Below, in pieces: positions 39,088 through 52,700 of a stretch of 64,000 nucleotides of DNA. Both the position numbers and the translations under genes were made by a program. A model generated the notes under the pieces. The model ran no database searches, was not told the origin of the DNA, and saw only the letters and a list, made by a program, of their open reading frames with translations. The DNA lies in contig NC_134033.1 in the NCBI RefSeq assembly GCF_964204645.1, positions 8,006,655-8,070,654 of the forward strand, read 5' to 3'. Every line of letters starts with the position of its first letter. Positions within the stretch are counted from its first letter, which is position 1. Source of the stretch: Tubulanus polymorphus. Taxonomy: Eukaryota > Animalia > Nemertea.

Positions 39088-39329
39088 CAGGGGCGGATCT
39101 AGGATTTTCCATGGGGGGTGTCCAATGAGAAAAAAGGGCACTCTTTACGAAACACAACGTACTCCGGATACTTCTACACCATTTTAGGGGGTGCTTTCGG
39201 TCATTTCATGAGTTGAAAAAATGTTAGGTGGAAAACCTTGGTCAAAAAAATTTAGGGTGACAATTTTGAGGGCACTTCAAAGTTAAGGGGGGTCCGGCCA
39301 CCCCCACATCCCCCCTAGATCCGCCCCTG
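39088..39329. mobile_element. hAT-like MITE (CAGGGGCGGATCTAG TIRs)
   Basis: caggggcggatctagg ... cctagatccgcccctg. Flanks aatcg / aattg form an imperfect 5-bp TSD. Confidence 0.75.
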
Positions 39330-42300
39330 AATTGCCCTCATAGGACTATGCATCTATGAGAGTTATCTGTAGGCTACTAGACACACAATGGCTTCAATGA
39401 AGATAGTCCTATACTCTACTGAAACTAGTTTGTTTGTGTTTCATCACACCAGAGGGGGGATGTTTTCTTTTAATTTAGGCCTAATGCAATAATGATGTCA
39501 AATGGATCTAATGAACCATGGGATACTATGTACTATTCATTCCCCCTACGGTTTGTTAGAATGTGGTTCTACTGTAGTAGTTGTTCACGGTTTGAGAGAT
39601 AACTAAACCAGCTATTATACAGATTGTGCACTTAAATCATAGTTTATATGGATAATATTATATTTATAGTTTATTCTTATCAATTACAAATTATCTGTTA
39701 TCTGTATATCACTTAATCTGTACTAAAGAGCTCACTCCCTAGTGATTTACGGATTAATCAAGGTTGACTCTAGTTACCGGGTATGTTACCTGTGGCCTTC
39801 ACAGGCCTAAGACAACTTTGATGGGGCCAATCTTCAGTAGGTATACCCAGTCTCCACGAGCACCGGTTCTCCAAGTTCCTGGCATCCCACGTGGCCTCAA
39901 TAGGTGCACATCGGATAACACAAAATATTACATTCTAAAATGTACCTACCAAATTCACCGCCAAACTGCATTGAATTTTCATGAAGAGAAGGTGGTTGAA
40001 TCAAGTTGTGGGCTAACTTAGGGCAGGTGGCTGGTTAGTTACAATTTAGGCCTTACACATACATGCATGTGTAGTCTTTAACTAAATGTACACGCCATGC
40101 AGTTCTGAAAAAGGCGACTATAAATTAGCTGTCAATTTTCATTAGTACTGCCATAATGAACCCTGTCATTTGTCTGGGTTCATATGTACGTGTAGTAGTC
40201 AGTTGAGGCGAAAGGAAGCCCTTAAAAGCATTTTATGATAGCAAAATACACACGTTTCTGATGAAAAAGAAACAATTTTCTAATCATCTAAGACCATGGC
40301 CCTAACACATAATTGTTCAAAAAAAATAATTGGGTATTCCAAAAGCAAAACATAGCACTTGGGAGACTTGCTATGAATGCTGATTTTGTGCAATATTTTT
40401 TTTAGCATATGAGTTGTCCTTAAATTACCTCTGTGATTGAAAAGCTAAAAACACAGTACTGCTTACAAGAATAACTTACGAATAAATGACGTTTATTTAT
40501 CATGTTTTAACAGTTTGGACATATTGCAGTTATTTGACTGACGAACAATATATAAAATACACGATAAGTATCGCACTCTGTAAAAAGATTTTATACAAAG
40601 ATCTTCATTATCTGACGATGATACAAAATGTAGGATGTCCCGAAGTAACACTCGCAGCCACAAAAAATAAAGATCATTTACCATATCAAAGTTACATTTG
40701 ATGACTGTACACCATTACTCTCCGGTATTATTTGGTTGGCAGCGAAATTCATTTCTCATGGACACAAAATATGAAAATTAGCCTAGTGCACGAAAATCCG
40801 GCTGCACCCGAGATGTGCTGTGTGAATTTGAAAACGCAGAGATCGTGCAAATCAAACCTATATTAGTGTCTGCTCAAGACTGAACTTTCTCATTTTGTTG
40901 TTTTTTCACATTTTATTAGAGAAAGTTCTTGCTGTTCAAATAAGTTCAAAAACTCTGAATTACATGTATACAAAAATATTTTTCCTGAAATGATGATGAC
41001 ATGGCATAAATAATGACTTAACTCTTTCCATGCGAATTTAATGGCGTTCAGGGGCTAGTTGGTTAAAGATAGCCAGACGATGATAGTAACAATGAACTAT
41101 TAATTGTCATTATGTCAGTCAACTATCCACTGGTTAACTCTAACTGACTAATGAGCTCCTGTATGGTATGATGAGGTATATAATATAGTTGAAACGATAA
41201 AGCGTTTTTTAGCATGAATGGAATGTATTGGAATAATAAATAACAGCAGTTGTGAGTAAAGATTAAGATTAGACTGCAGTTTAGGCCAGCACATATTTCC
41301 TGGTTGATCATCCCTTCCTTGCCCATAGGTTTTTACATTGTCTAGGAAATAAATGTGCCCTGTTCAAGATCTATTTCTTCAGTCATTGGAAAAATACGTA
41401 CTGCCTAGTAACAACCTGGACCCAGTAACTCTGTTCTGGTTATAGTTAACTAGTGTTTGAATTAGTCCAAACTGTTTTAAGCTTCGAGCCTATAATAGAG
41501 AACTATTTAACAGGTTCTGGAGTGGCCCTTTCGTTTCAGTTACCGTAATCTTAGTAACAACTGTGGAGCTGAATCCGATGTGGAAAGCAATGGATAAAAT
41601 AGAAAAAACAAAACAGTGAAACAAGAACAGAAATTAATAGAAACAATATTTATCTATCTAGATAAGCTTAATACATGCACCTAAGTGGCAGGAATCATGA
41701 ACAACATATCGATACGAATTAGTGAATTGTACAGTAAACCTCGCCTTAAAAAAGTAATTCATTTTCTTCATTCCTATATTTTTCTGTACATAAAGCAATG
41801 CCCAACTAGACTCTTTTAACTCGGATTTTTGTCTAACTCAAATAGAATTTCAACGTATTTTCATTCTCCCCTGAATGATCTTCCCCTCTATAATCTGATA
41901 CTGATAAAGATAACTACTGTGTCTGATGATGTTGTTCGTTGTCTGCATATATGCCGATCACAATACCTTAACAGTGAGTGACAGCGTGCTGTAGCCGAGT
42001 CTACCGATGCCAATGGTTGTCCCTACCGGGGAGGACGAGAGTTACAATGCCCGAGGCTAAGAAAAGATCAACTTCGCGTTCATTGAAAGAGCTGGAAATT
42101 AAAGTTCTAAAGAGAAAAATCCAAATATGAAACATATGATTGTCGCAGGAAAGTTTGGACCAAAAAAAAACAATCTTTCAATGATGATTTGAAAAATAAA
42201 GGTCCAATGGCCCTGTGGCTCACCATCAAATCATCGAGTGCATACATACAATACCTAGTTGAATGAAATGCTCGCCATTTTGTTTTGGGTTTCACATTGG

Positions 42301-43397
42301 GCTTTCCCAATTACATCAGAATCCAAGTATGCAAATTTTCATATGTAAAAACGTGCCATTGCTTAGTGCTAAAAAGCAGGGTTTTTTACGTGTTTTTCAA
42401 GAATAAGTCCCCTAAAAATAACTCATCACTATGAAATTTTTGTAGGCTCGAGAACTCATAAAGCCAAACCATGACACCAAAAATCAACACTATTGGTTCA
42501 ATAACCAATGTTTGTACCTTGTTGACTCACCGGTACTCGATTCATTTTCAATGAAAACTGCTTCACCAGACTGTTTGCATAGGCAAACCTACAATAAAGA
42601 CTTTTAACTCTTGACCGGGCTTTTAAGCACCCTGATGTCGGCGTGGCTTAATTATTATGTTTGTCATTATAAATCGTCCATCAGCCAGATATTGTTGATG
42701 GCAATCAACATGTTTTAGCTGCAATGAGTTGGATATTAGCGAAAATAAAGAAAACTATGTATAAAATAGTTATCCCTCGCTATTTAAGTGCAGAATGTGA
42801 TTCCAGTGCCTCTCGGCCGAGTTTAGTTTCATACATCTCTGAAGAGAGTGCGGTTTAAACAGACATGTCTAACACTGACTGACAATATTGCATACAATCA
42901 TTACTCTGTACTGCCTAATGAATCGGAACTTTGACCAACCCATTGCATTTTTTGGTTATTTAGATCTGAATCTAACAACTACAGATCTATCTTATAATTG
43001 GAGACCACCGTTTTTCAGACTTCACGAGTGCCAACCGTGTGACCGCCAGTTGCTGAATTGGGTTTCATTCTTGGAGTAAAAATAAGTAAAGTTATGGTAT
43101 ACACAATTTTCAACTGTGAAGTACATATAAAATGATAACTGGTTGCTTGTCATTAAGGAATATTAAGAACCCTGCAGAATGGGTTATTGTCTGGTTCAAC
43201 TAGTATTGCTGAATGCTATTAGTTCTCTCAAGAAAAATACTGCGAAACCTTGATACAAAGAACACAAAAAATGATTATTCATTACCCTGGTATATCACTG
43301 ATGATATTTAATTAGGGGTCATTCGTAAAGTAGAATGTACCTACGCAAAAAATTGAGTATTTTTTGAGGCCCTACTTTGTGTGCGCATATCGTACTA

Positions 43398-43559
43398 CAG
43401 TAGACTTCACTCCAGTCGGATCTTTTGAGACCGTAAAAATTGAGGGATATCCGAGTTGGATGTTATGTGTTTCAATTATTGTGTCACAATAAATATTCAA
43501 AAAATCATCTTGAGTTGAACGGTTATCCGGATAAGATGCGACTTGGGATGAGTCTACTG
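43398..43559. mobile_element. Tc1/mariner-pogo-type MITE
   Basis: ta|cagtagacttcactccagtcggatc ... gatgcgacttgggatgagtctactg. Confidence 0.6.
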
Positions 43560-45044
43560 ATGACCTTACCTACGCAATGTTACACCGTGTAAGTTACATA
43601 ACCTAAATCTGCGTAAAAGTCAACTCTGTCGAGAGCGTGTCTGGCTGCATAATTTGAACATAAAAGCGAGTGTAAACAAAATCATCAGGGATTTTGAAGT
43701 CAGCCTGGTAACGGATACTGTTTCCTGCGCACCCTCCCTCGGCCAGCATTTGAACATCATGGCATTGAAATAAAGTTTGAATCCCTGCTGAGGGAGGATT
43801 GTGTGGAGAACAGTATCCAGTTACAAGGTCGTAAGAATCAACTCTAAACTGTTACACAATAGCTCACATTCAATTATTTCAATTCTATAGATTTCACTTC
43901 AATTTATAGAGTGAAAGTCGAATCTCTAAATTGGAATTGGATCTTGCTGGACCACGTTCCAAAAGTTTTCAGTTAAGATTTTGATGCAAAAATTGAAAAG
44001 GAACTAATTTTGACTTAATAGTCATATCTAACACCACAATGGAACCTGGCTGGTTATATTGTTTTGAGATTTCTTTCTGGGGAATTTTAATCCCAAATGA
44101 CAATTCATCAATTTTAAGGGGAACACGGATCAGTTGAATTCATTTCTCAGCAGTAATGGAGTGTTTCTAATGGATTTTGTGCAGTTTTTCTCAAATGACG
44201 GATTTCTATGTATGATTTGCACCACATCAAAAAAAGTTCTATGACATTCAAATATCGTTCATCATCAGTAATTTCAGAATTATCAAAAAGAATACTGTAA
44301 TAATACTAGTCTATTGTGTTTCACAAACTCTTATTCATTATTTGACAACAACTCAGGGAAAAATTTCACTGGTTTCATACAAGTAAGGGGTAGAGTCTAT
44401 CATATTTCTCAAACCCTTTCTCAGCATTTGACACCAATTCAGAATTTTACAAGTCTCAATTTGACTGCAGTAAGATTCACCTGTATTTCTCAAATTCTAA
44501 CTCGGTGTTTGACACCAACTCTGACTAGAATTTTACCATCATCAACTTAACAGAGTAAGAAACAGAGTCTACTGTATTTCTTGGACTCCTAAAAGTCTAC
44601 AGTATTTCTCAAACTCTAGCCTAATTCAGTATTAAGACACACACCAGTAGAATTTTACCAGTTCCAAATTTAGAGAGTAAGACTACTTTTTTTCACAAAC
44701 TAGATTACTATTACTAGATATTTGTCCATAACTCGGCAAAGTAGAATTTTACAGGTCTCAGCTTAACCGAATTAGAGGTGCGTAGGCTGAATTCGTCATT
44801 AAAATGAAAAACTCGACATATACAATATTCAATATAACATTATTAATGAAAATGAAAATATAACAAATTTAAAATATATAGATATAGTTATAAATTAAAA
44901 GTGGCAGGAATCATCATTATTGTTATCATTGGAAAGTTGTAAAGCTATATATAAGAATGTAAGAATTGACAACTTGACAAAGTTTGTGTTAGTTATACCC
45001 AATCCCTGTAGGTGGCAATACGAGTATTACTTTAACCCCAGTTA

Positions 45045-45508
45045 CCGTATTTTCCGGTGATTACGCCGACTCGGCCAATAAGCCGAGGGCAGTCTTTTAG
45101 CCCATAATACATGGATTTCTTAATGCATCGCTCAATAAGCCGGAGCCCTTCATCAGGAGATTTTAATTCACTGATTTGTCAATAAATTTGTCTTAATTGA
45201 CGATGTATTAGGCTGACAGCTGACGCGGGTATATACAAATGTGCTAGCGCTGCGGTATTAGATTGCCGCTGTGAGTTGATGAAAGAAACAAAGTAACAAA
45301 ATAGTTCTAAATAAATTATTGGTAGTAAATAATGACCTCAAATAAATATGGAACACTTATCGATTTTTATGATCTTCAGGAGCATTAGAGTGACATAGTT
45401 CGGGAAGTAATTATTCAAGTCAGATCATATCCGTCCAATAAGCCGATCATGATATTTTGGGGTGAAAATCTGAGGCTAGAAAATCAGCTTATTAGCTGGA
45501 AAATACGG
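45045..45508. mobile_element. pogo/Tigger-type MITE (TA TSD, CCGTATTT ends)
   Basis: ta|ccgtattttccgg ... ctggaaaatacgg|ta, with repeated aataagccg motifs. Confidence 0.8.
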
Positions 45509-46143
45509 TATTCTTTAACCCCAGGGCTAACTCAATAATTCATTTTCAATTGAGTTAACCCCCGGGTTAAAGTTAATACCAGTCTATAAAACTGGGCCCT
45601 GGATTAATTTGACCCTCTGTACTATCCAAACATTTAACTGTATAGGATAGAGCAGAATTCTAAACGTTTTCTACGCCCAAACACTTAGTGCCTGTAGGTG
45701 GCATTACTAGTTTGGAGCAGAGTTTTAAAACCTTTTTAAGACCAATTGTATACCGTATTAGTTCCTGTCGGCGGCTGTAAGTGGCAAAATCCCCTATCTA
45801 CTGTCATTCAGGCTATGAATTCTACTTCTACTTGCTGCCACTAAATGGCAGTGGCACGTGTTACTACCGTTTAAAATGTTGTTGGTTGTTTAAATACTGA
45901 ATATCCAATAAACAAAAATATACCATTGCACATCATACTACTCAGCCTTTTCTTAACCCAATGGAAAGTCAACCTCATGGGTGATGAGGGATCCAACACA
46001 CATGATATCAAATTATTGAATATATATGACTTTTCTACTTGGTGTTTGGTAAAGTTTACACTAATTCAATGAAAACTGTAATGTAGAAATGTAGAAATCT
46101 TCTGGTTAGATATTGTATAAATACAGCTCTGGTAACGAATGAG

Positions 46144-46146
<3 letters not shown>

Positions 46147-46206
<60 letters not shown>
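46147..46206. repeat. (TA)n microsatellite
   Basis: About 30 uninterrupted TA units. Confidence 0.98.
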
Positions 46207-46215
<9 letters not shown>

Positions 46216-46760
46216 AAAAACATTGAATCTACGTCATTTCTAGCCAATGGTGAATCAGTTATAGGGGTATGGAAGAACAGTACAACATACAATCAATATC
46301 AAATACAGTTCAGCTGCTGTTGGCATATTTACGACGAAATTCACACAAACAACACAAATAAACAATACATGTGGGAAAATAGCTTCGTAGCCATGTACAT
46401 ATATTTTGATTCTGGTGCGGAATTCTGAGGACCTTGGTGTCTAGTTCATCTGAAGCTAATGGGTTAAAATTCTACTGTAATGATTTTTTTTTGTAGCAGA
46501 CAAAAAAAGCGTCGGGCGGATTTGGGTGGCTTGAGACGTAGTACGCAGGGCGGATGCAGATGACTTGAGAGCTAATAGGTTGAATAGTAAATGGGTTGAT
46601 ACTGAATCAATCTATTCAATCCTAATTTTCTATTAATTGAATTTCTATTCACAATGAACCTCTTTGACAACTAAAAATAGTCCCAGCTTGGCTATTTTCC
46701 CACCGGATGCAGCCAATCTAGGAAGCTATTGCCCTAGACTAATCATTAACAAATGATTAT

Positions 46761-49700
46761 TCAGCATATTTCGTATTCGCGGAGTGCGTTCACGTCAACC
46801 GTCACTTCTTCTGACCGTGTTACCGTCACGTGCGGAAAGTCTCGCCGTTTATTTTTCTCTGATTTCCGTTTGCCGGTGCGTTGCCCAGATGTCGACGACG
46901 AAGCCATCGATGATGATCGAGACGATGAACCCGCCGCCGATAATCTACCCTTCAGACGATCTTTGATCTTGGCCGCACGGTTTTTACGGAATTGTTTATC
47001 GTCATTCGGGTGTTGTCGGTGCTCGGGTGATTTCGATCGCAGCTCAACGGAATTTTTATCGTGGAACACGCGATCCGGCGAACACTGTTCCATGTTGTCG
47101 ACGAGGGCGCTAGTGGCCAGGCGATGTTGACGCCGGCGCCACCACACTATTAGCGGCACGACCGTTATTAACGCGATCAGAATAACTACGAATACGGCTA
47201 ATGTGGCGGTACCCGCTCCGGAACCTACAAATATATAATACTACATTAAGAGCGTGAATGTATCATATGAACTAGCAGTCCAGGGACACCACGCCCATTC
47301 GAGAAGTGGTACAGAATGAGGAAATTATAGCGTTATAACAGTAATAAATCAAATAAATATCAAACTGTAATAAGAGCCCCACTTTTCATGAATGGTTCTA
47401 TGAGTAACTAGAAAGAATCTTTCTATGTGGTCAGGTTAGAAAAAATTTTGTTCGAAGACACTCAGTGACAGTTACGAACTCTACCATTCAACACCAGACC
47501 ACTGCCACGTGAGAACAAGGCTTGTACGCCGATACGAGGTCACAGTCTACGTTCCCTCCTAGTTGCCGCGCCAATCCATTACTACTCCGTTGCATAATCG
47601 TCTCATCAACATACCTTAACATCATATTGCAGTGCAAGTGTGACACAGAGGCAGGATCATAACGAACGAACCGGATCGTTGCAAGCGTTTGATTTCAACC
47701 ATATACCAGGGTTCGTAGCCTCAAGACCAACCAAAATTCAAGGCCATTTGAGATGCACATTCAAGGCTTTTTACCCCCATGAAAAACATTTTCACGGCAA
47801 TATTTCCTCGCTTCATCCATTCAAAAACAATCAAAACAGCTAACAGGGTTTATTATGCCACTGCTGACCCGAATTCACTGATATTCACTGACACGGCCAA
47901 CAACAGCAACTTCAAGAAATTTGATAATTTTGAGCCAGTGACTGAATGCCTACACTAATGACTTTTTAATTGGTTGAAGTACAGATTTTCTTGGAAATAT
48001 AACGGAAAAAATAAGTGTGAAAACTGTATTGGGTTGAATTCAAATGATGGGAGAAAACTTACTTTTTGCAAATAATCAAGATGGAAATACCAAGAAAAAC
48101 ATCTTTTAAAAAAATTAAATCTGATGTTAACACCAACCAGATGTTTTTGGCGGGATTTTTGGCCTCATATCATAACCAAATACACGTTTTTAATTTAAAT
48201 TTCATCAAAAAAAGTTTTTTAGGCCTACGATATACAATACAACAAGTAGCGGCACACCTCAACGAGTAAGAATTCTTTTTTTTAGAAAGGCCAATCACCA
48301 CAGCCATATCGGTGCGCAAGAGTCAAGGGACTCAAGATGTCATATCCCGATATGACATCAGGCAGGAAAATTATGATTTTTTTACAGAATTCCTTCAATT
48401 TCTTCTTCTGAAATAAATCAATTCTTTCTTTCAACAAACTCAGGAAAGCGCAACAAATTTCAGACTACCTGAGCAAGTTACAAAGCTATCTTATATCAAA
48501 TAACAGAGAAAAGTGGGAAAATGAAGTGCAAGTCGAACCACTAAAACATCGTGGTCGGTGTTGCTACGCAACCCGACCACAAAAATACAATGTTTCTATG
48601 TACACAGTACAATCATTCTTTTTAAGTAACCCAGACAGGGAGACGGCACGAACACATACTTCAGATCACATTTTTTCCTGTGTCTCACTCATTGATTTGA
48701 ATGCATAATCAAATTGAATCGGATTTGGTGATGTTTTGTTCTTTTTTTGAAACTTTGCACAGGGGCTTGCCACCAACTACATTATCAGTAACACATTTCC
48801 ATAATCAAATCTGCTTCATTTAGAAGTTTATCTGACATTATCTTTTTCATGTATTAAGCATCCAAGAAAACGAATATGGCCGCCAGTCGTATAAAGTCAA
48901 TGAAATATCAAGAAAAGCCATAAATACACTTTCTCAACTTCCCAATTCAAGCTATAACTTGACCCAAGTGGAACAAAAATATAGAGAAGCTTTTTTATCA
49001 GATAAATGCTGGTGGGGGTAGAGCTGTGATGAGATTCAGAATACTTACTCATTGGAGAACAGCTATATGAACTTGAAATGGTCACGTTGCTGTCGATGAA
49101 ATATGGTCCTGGTGAACTTTCAACATGGAACTCGGCCTGTTACACAAAAATACGCAACAATCAGCTCATTACCAATAATTTTTCAAGTAAATTTGAAGTA
49201 GAAAATCATCCAAATATAATAAAATGATGTTACCAATTCGATAAGATTGACTTCTCTACATTAAGTGTTTGGTATATCAATTTACAGTAAATTGAAATGA
49301 AACACTTGTTAAAAGTAGATTCTCTAACCAAAATACAGAATAAATTGAAATACAGATGACCTGTGTAATTCCAGTAGAACCTACTTAATAAATCCGGATC
49401 ATTTCTGACCTATGAAATTCATCTAGTTTGTAAGAAATTTAGATGAAACATCATATTTTACATGCATAAAACTGTGGACTGTAAATAATACCTGGATTAA
49501 ATTAAAACCTGGCATATATGATTTGGAGTATGTGGGTTTGACTAGTGGAACCTCGTTGATACAAGTTCCCGGGGCAATTATTTGTATTAACGAGAATTTG
49601 TAACATGCAATTTGACGTAAATTTCCTGCCGATAGATAAAGAAAATAGAGAAAGATAAAAGAGAGATAAAACGATTGAATGGTTTAAACTCAAATTTGGT

Positions 49701-52700
49701 CTGGTTCGGTTTAGGGAAGCAAACGTTCTTCAGGATGTCAAACTTTATTTTTATACCACACATGTACTATGTCCAATACAGGTGATCCACTCAATCAGCA
49801 ATTGTATTAACGGTATTGATTTATATACTATGGAAATGAGATATAGGGACTAAACATTTTCATAGTTTTAACGAATTTTACATATCATCATGTTTGTATT
49901 AAACTGATTTTTACTAGTATTATTTATACAAAATTTAGTCGGGACATACAAAAATCATTCTGGCTTTTGTACTGGCTTGTGTACTAAACTAAGTGTGAGT
50001 AGGGGGGGTATGGAGGGGTCTGGGTGGAGGGGTGATGGAGTGTGGGTGGATGGAGCAACCGAGGAGTGTAATTACCTTTATATGCAGAATGTCATGGGTG
50101 AGTTTCAATAAAACGACGTATATTTTCACTTCATGCGGAAAACCGTGAATAACAAGAATTTCATGTTGATTAATGAACGTATGTGTCCAATCAATACTGG
50201 ATGTCGTTGACTGAAATATCAATGAATACAAATATAGCTGCAAAGCAGCGATAACGGGTTTTCTGCACAGTCTTAGAATCCTGTTCAACGGTGGATTTCG
50301 ACGAAGCATTTGATAAGGCACAACATCAGCCATTACTAAACAGGCTATTAGGAAACAGTATCAATGATAGGTTGCCCAAATAGCTCAGCAGTTATCTCTG
50401 AACGAAAACTTGTAGCCGAAATCAACGGAACGCCTCATCTTGGAATAAGTCGGTCAAACTAGTGGAGTCACGCAAGGTAGTATCCTAAGTTGTCTTCTGT
50501 TTAATGTCCTGACAAATGACATACACAGTAATCCAACATATACCAGACCGAGTAAATTTCCAAATCGACCTTAACACGCTGTTCGACCAAAAAACTTAAT
50601 GTTCCAACAAGAAAATCTTGTTCGAATGAAAATAATTCTGTTTGATCGAACAATACGCTTTTTACTTGAACCAAAAATTTTCTTCATTCTGACAAAAAAT
50701 GTGTTCGAATAAAAAGTTATGTTATTGTTGAAATGAAAAATTTTTAGTCTCGGCAAAAAAATTTGGTCGAGCGAAAACAATTTTTTCGAACGAATGTTTG
50801 AATGAAAACGATTCTGTTCGATTGAACGAAATACTTCATACTTTCGGTTCGGAGAAAAAACTTTTTTCAATATACTTGTTCGAACGAAAAACTTAATGTT
50901 CTGACAAGAAAATTCTGTTCAAATTAAAAAAGATTCTGTTCAATAGAACGATTGTTCGAACGAAAAACCTTTCGTTTGGACAAAAAAAAGTTTGTTCAAC
51001 TTTGTTCTTACGATTTTTTCAAATTGGTTCAATCGTATAGAATATTATTGGTTCGAACGAAATAAATTTTGTTCCGACGAAAGAATTTTCAAGCGAAAGG
51101 TCTTTTGAACGAAAAAAAAAGATATTTCTGGTGCTCCGCAGTAACTTAAAGCCGGACGTAGGTTGGTCTTGTGACACGATGCGATCCTCGCGTTGCATCG
51201 CAAGTTTCGGTGCAAGTCGGTTGCAATACGATTGTGTGCGACTAGTTTCTGCCAGTCGCAAGAGCGTCGGTTGGTTGTGACAGTCGTGTTGCGTCGCAGA
51301 AAGTTGAACACGTACGACTCCATGTGACTGGCGTTGCTGAAAGATGAGGACGCCAGTGATATGACGACTGAGTTTCAAGTCATCAAAACGTCACGATATG
51401 TCAACATATTTATGTTGACTTGATGCGATATATCGCGATTTATCGAGTTGGAACGCGACAACTCGAGGCCCTTTATCGCTTCCGTAGATCTTTCATTAAG
51501 TAGATCACTAGAATGATCGCTTTAAAATCTCTTTAAAAAAAAAATAATCGGCCAAAATGACCTTAATATTCGACACTATATCTACGGAAGCGATAAGGGG
51601 CCTCGAGATGTCGCATTCCAACTCGACAAGTCGCCATATTTATGTCGACATACCGCGATAAATCGCGTCAAGTCGACATGAATATGTCGATATATCGTGA
51701 CGTTTTGACGACATATTTCGTTTTCTCGACCATTTTCCTCGCGACAAGTCGACATATTCATGACGACTTGAAACTCAGTCGTCATATTACTAGCGTCCTC
51801 ATCTTACATTTAGACATGTCTTCAAATGATGGCTTGTCCCATGGAAAATGAGCAAAAAAGCGAAATTTGTCGTGAAAATGTCACGATATGTAGACATATT
51901 CATGTGGACTTGACGCGATATATCGACATAAATATGGCGACTTGTCGAGTTTGAAGGCGACAACTCGAGGCCCTTTATCGCTTCCGTACTATATCAGATT
52001 AATCGACTTCAAAATAGGCGAAAGCATAAGTCTTTATTACGTTATTAATTGGCCTAATTATTCAAAAGCTAATAAAGTGGGCGACAAAACCAAAAAAATT
52101 AATTGTCGCGGGCGATAAAACCAAAATAATCATTTGTCGCTGGCGATAAAACCAAAACATTGAATTGTCGCGGGCGACAAAACCAAAAAAATGAATTGTC
52201 GTGGGCGAAAAAACCAAAATCTTGAATTGTCGCGGGCGACAAAACCAAAATATTGAATTTTCGCAGGCGACAAAACCAAACTAATGAATTGTCGCGGGCG
52301 ATAAAACCAGAATATTGAATTGTCGCAGGCGATAAAACCAAAATATTGAATTGTCGCGTGGGACAAAACCAAAATATTGAATTGTCGCGGGCGACAAAAC
52401 CAAACTAATCAATTGTCGCGGGCGATAAAACCAAAATAATGAATTGTCGCGGGCGATAAAACCAAAATATTGAATTGTCGCAGGCGATAACACCAAAATA
52501 TTGAAGTGTCGCAGACGATAAAACCGCGACAAAAAAAAAAATTGTCGCGGGCAATAAAACCAAAATAATGAATTGTCGCGGGCGACAAAACCAAAATGTT
52601 GAATTGTCGCGGGCGACAAAACCAAACTAATGAATTGTTGCGGGCGATAAAACCAAAATAATAAATTGTCGCGGGCGATAAAACCAAAATATTGAATTGT

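Noticed and set aside
46056-46292. ORF with (IY)n
   Set aside because: It is the translation of the TA microsatellite.
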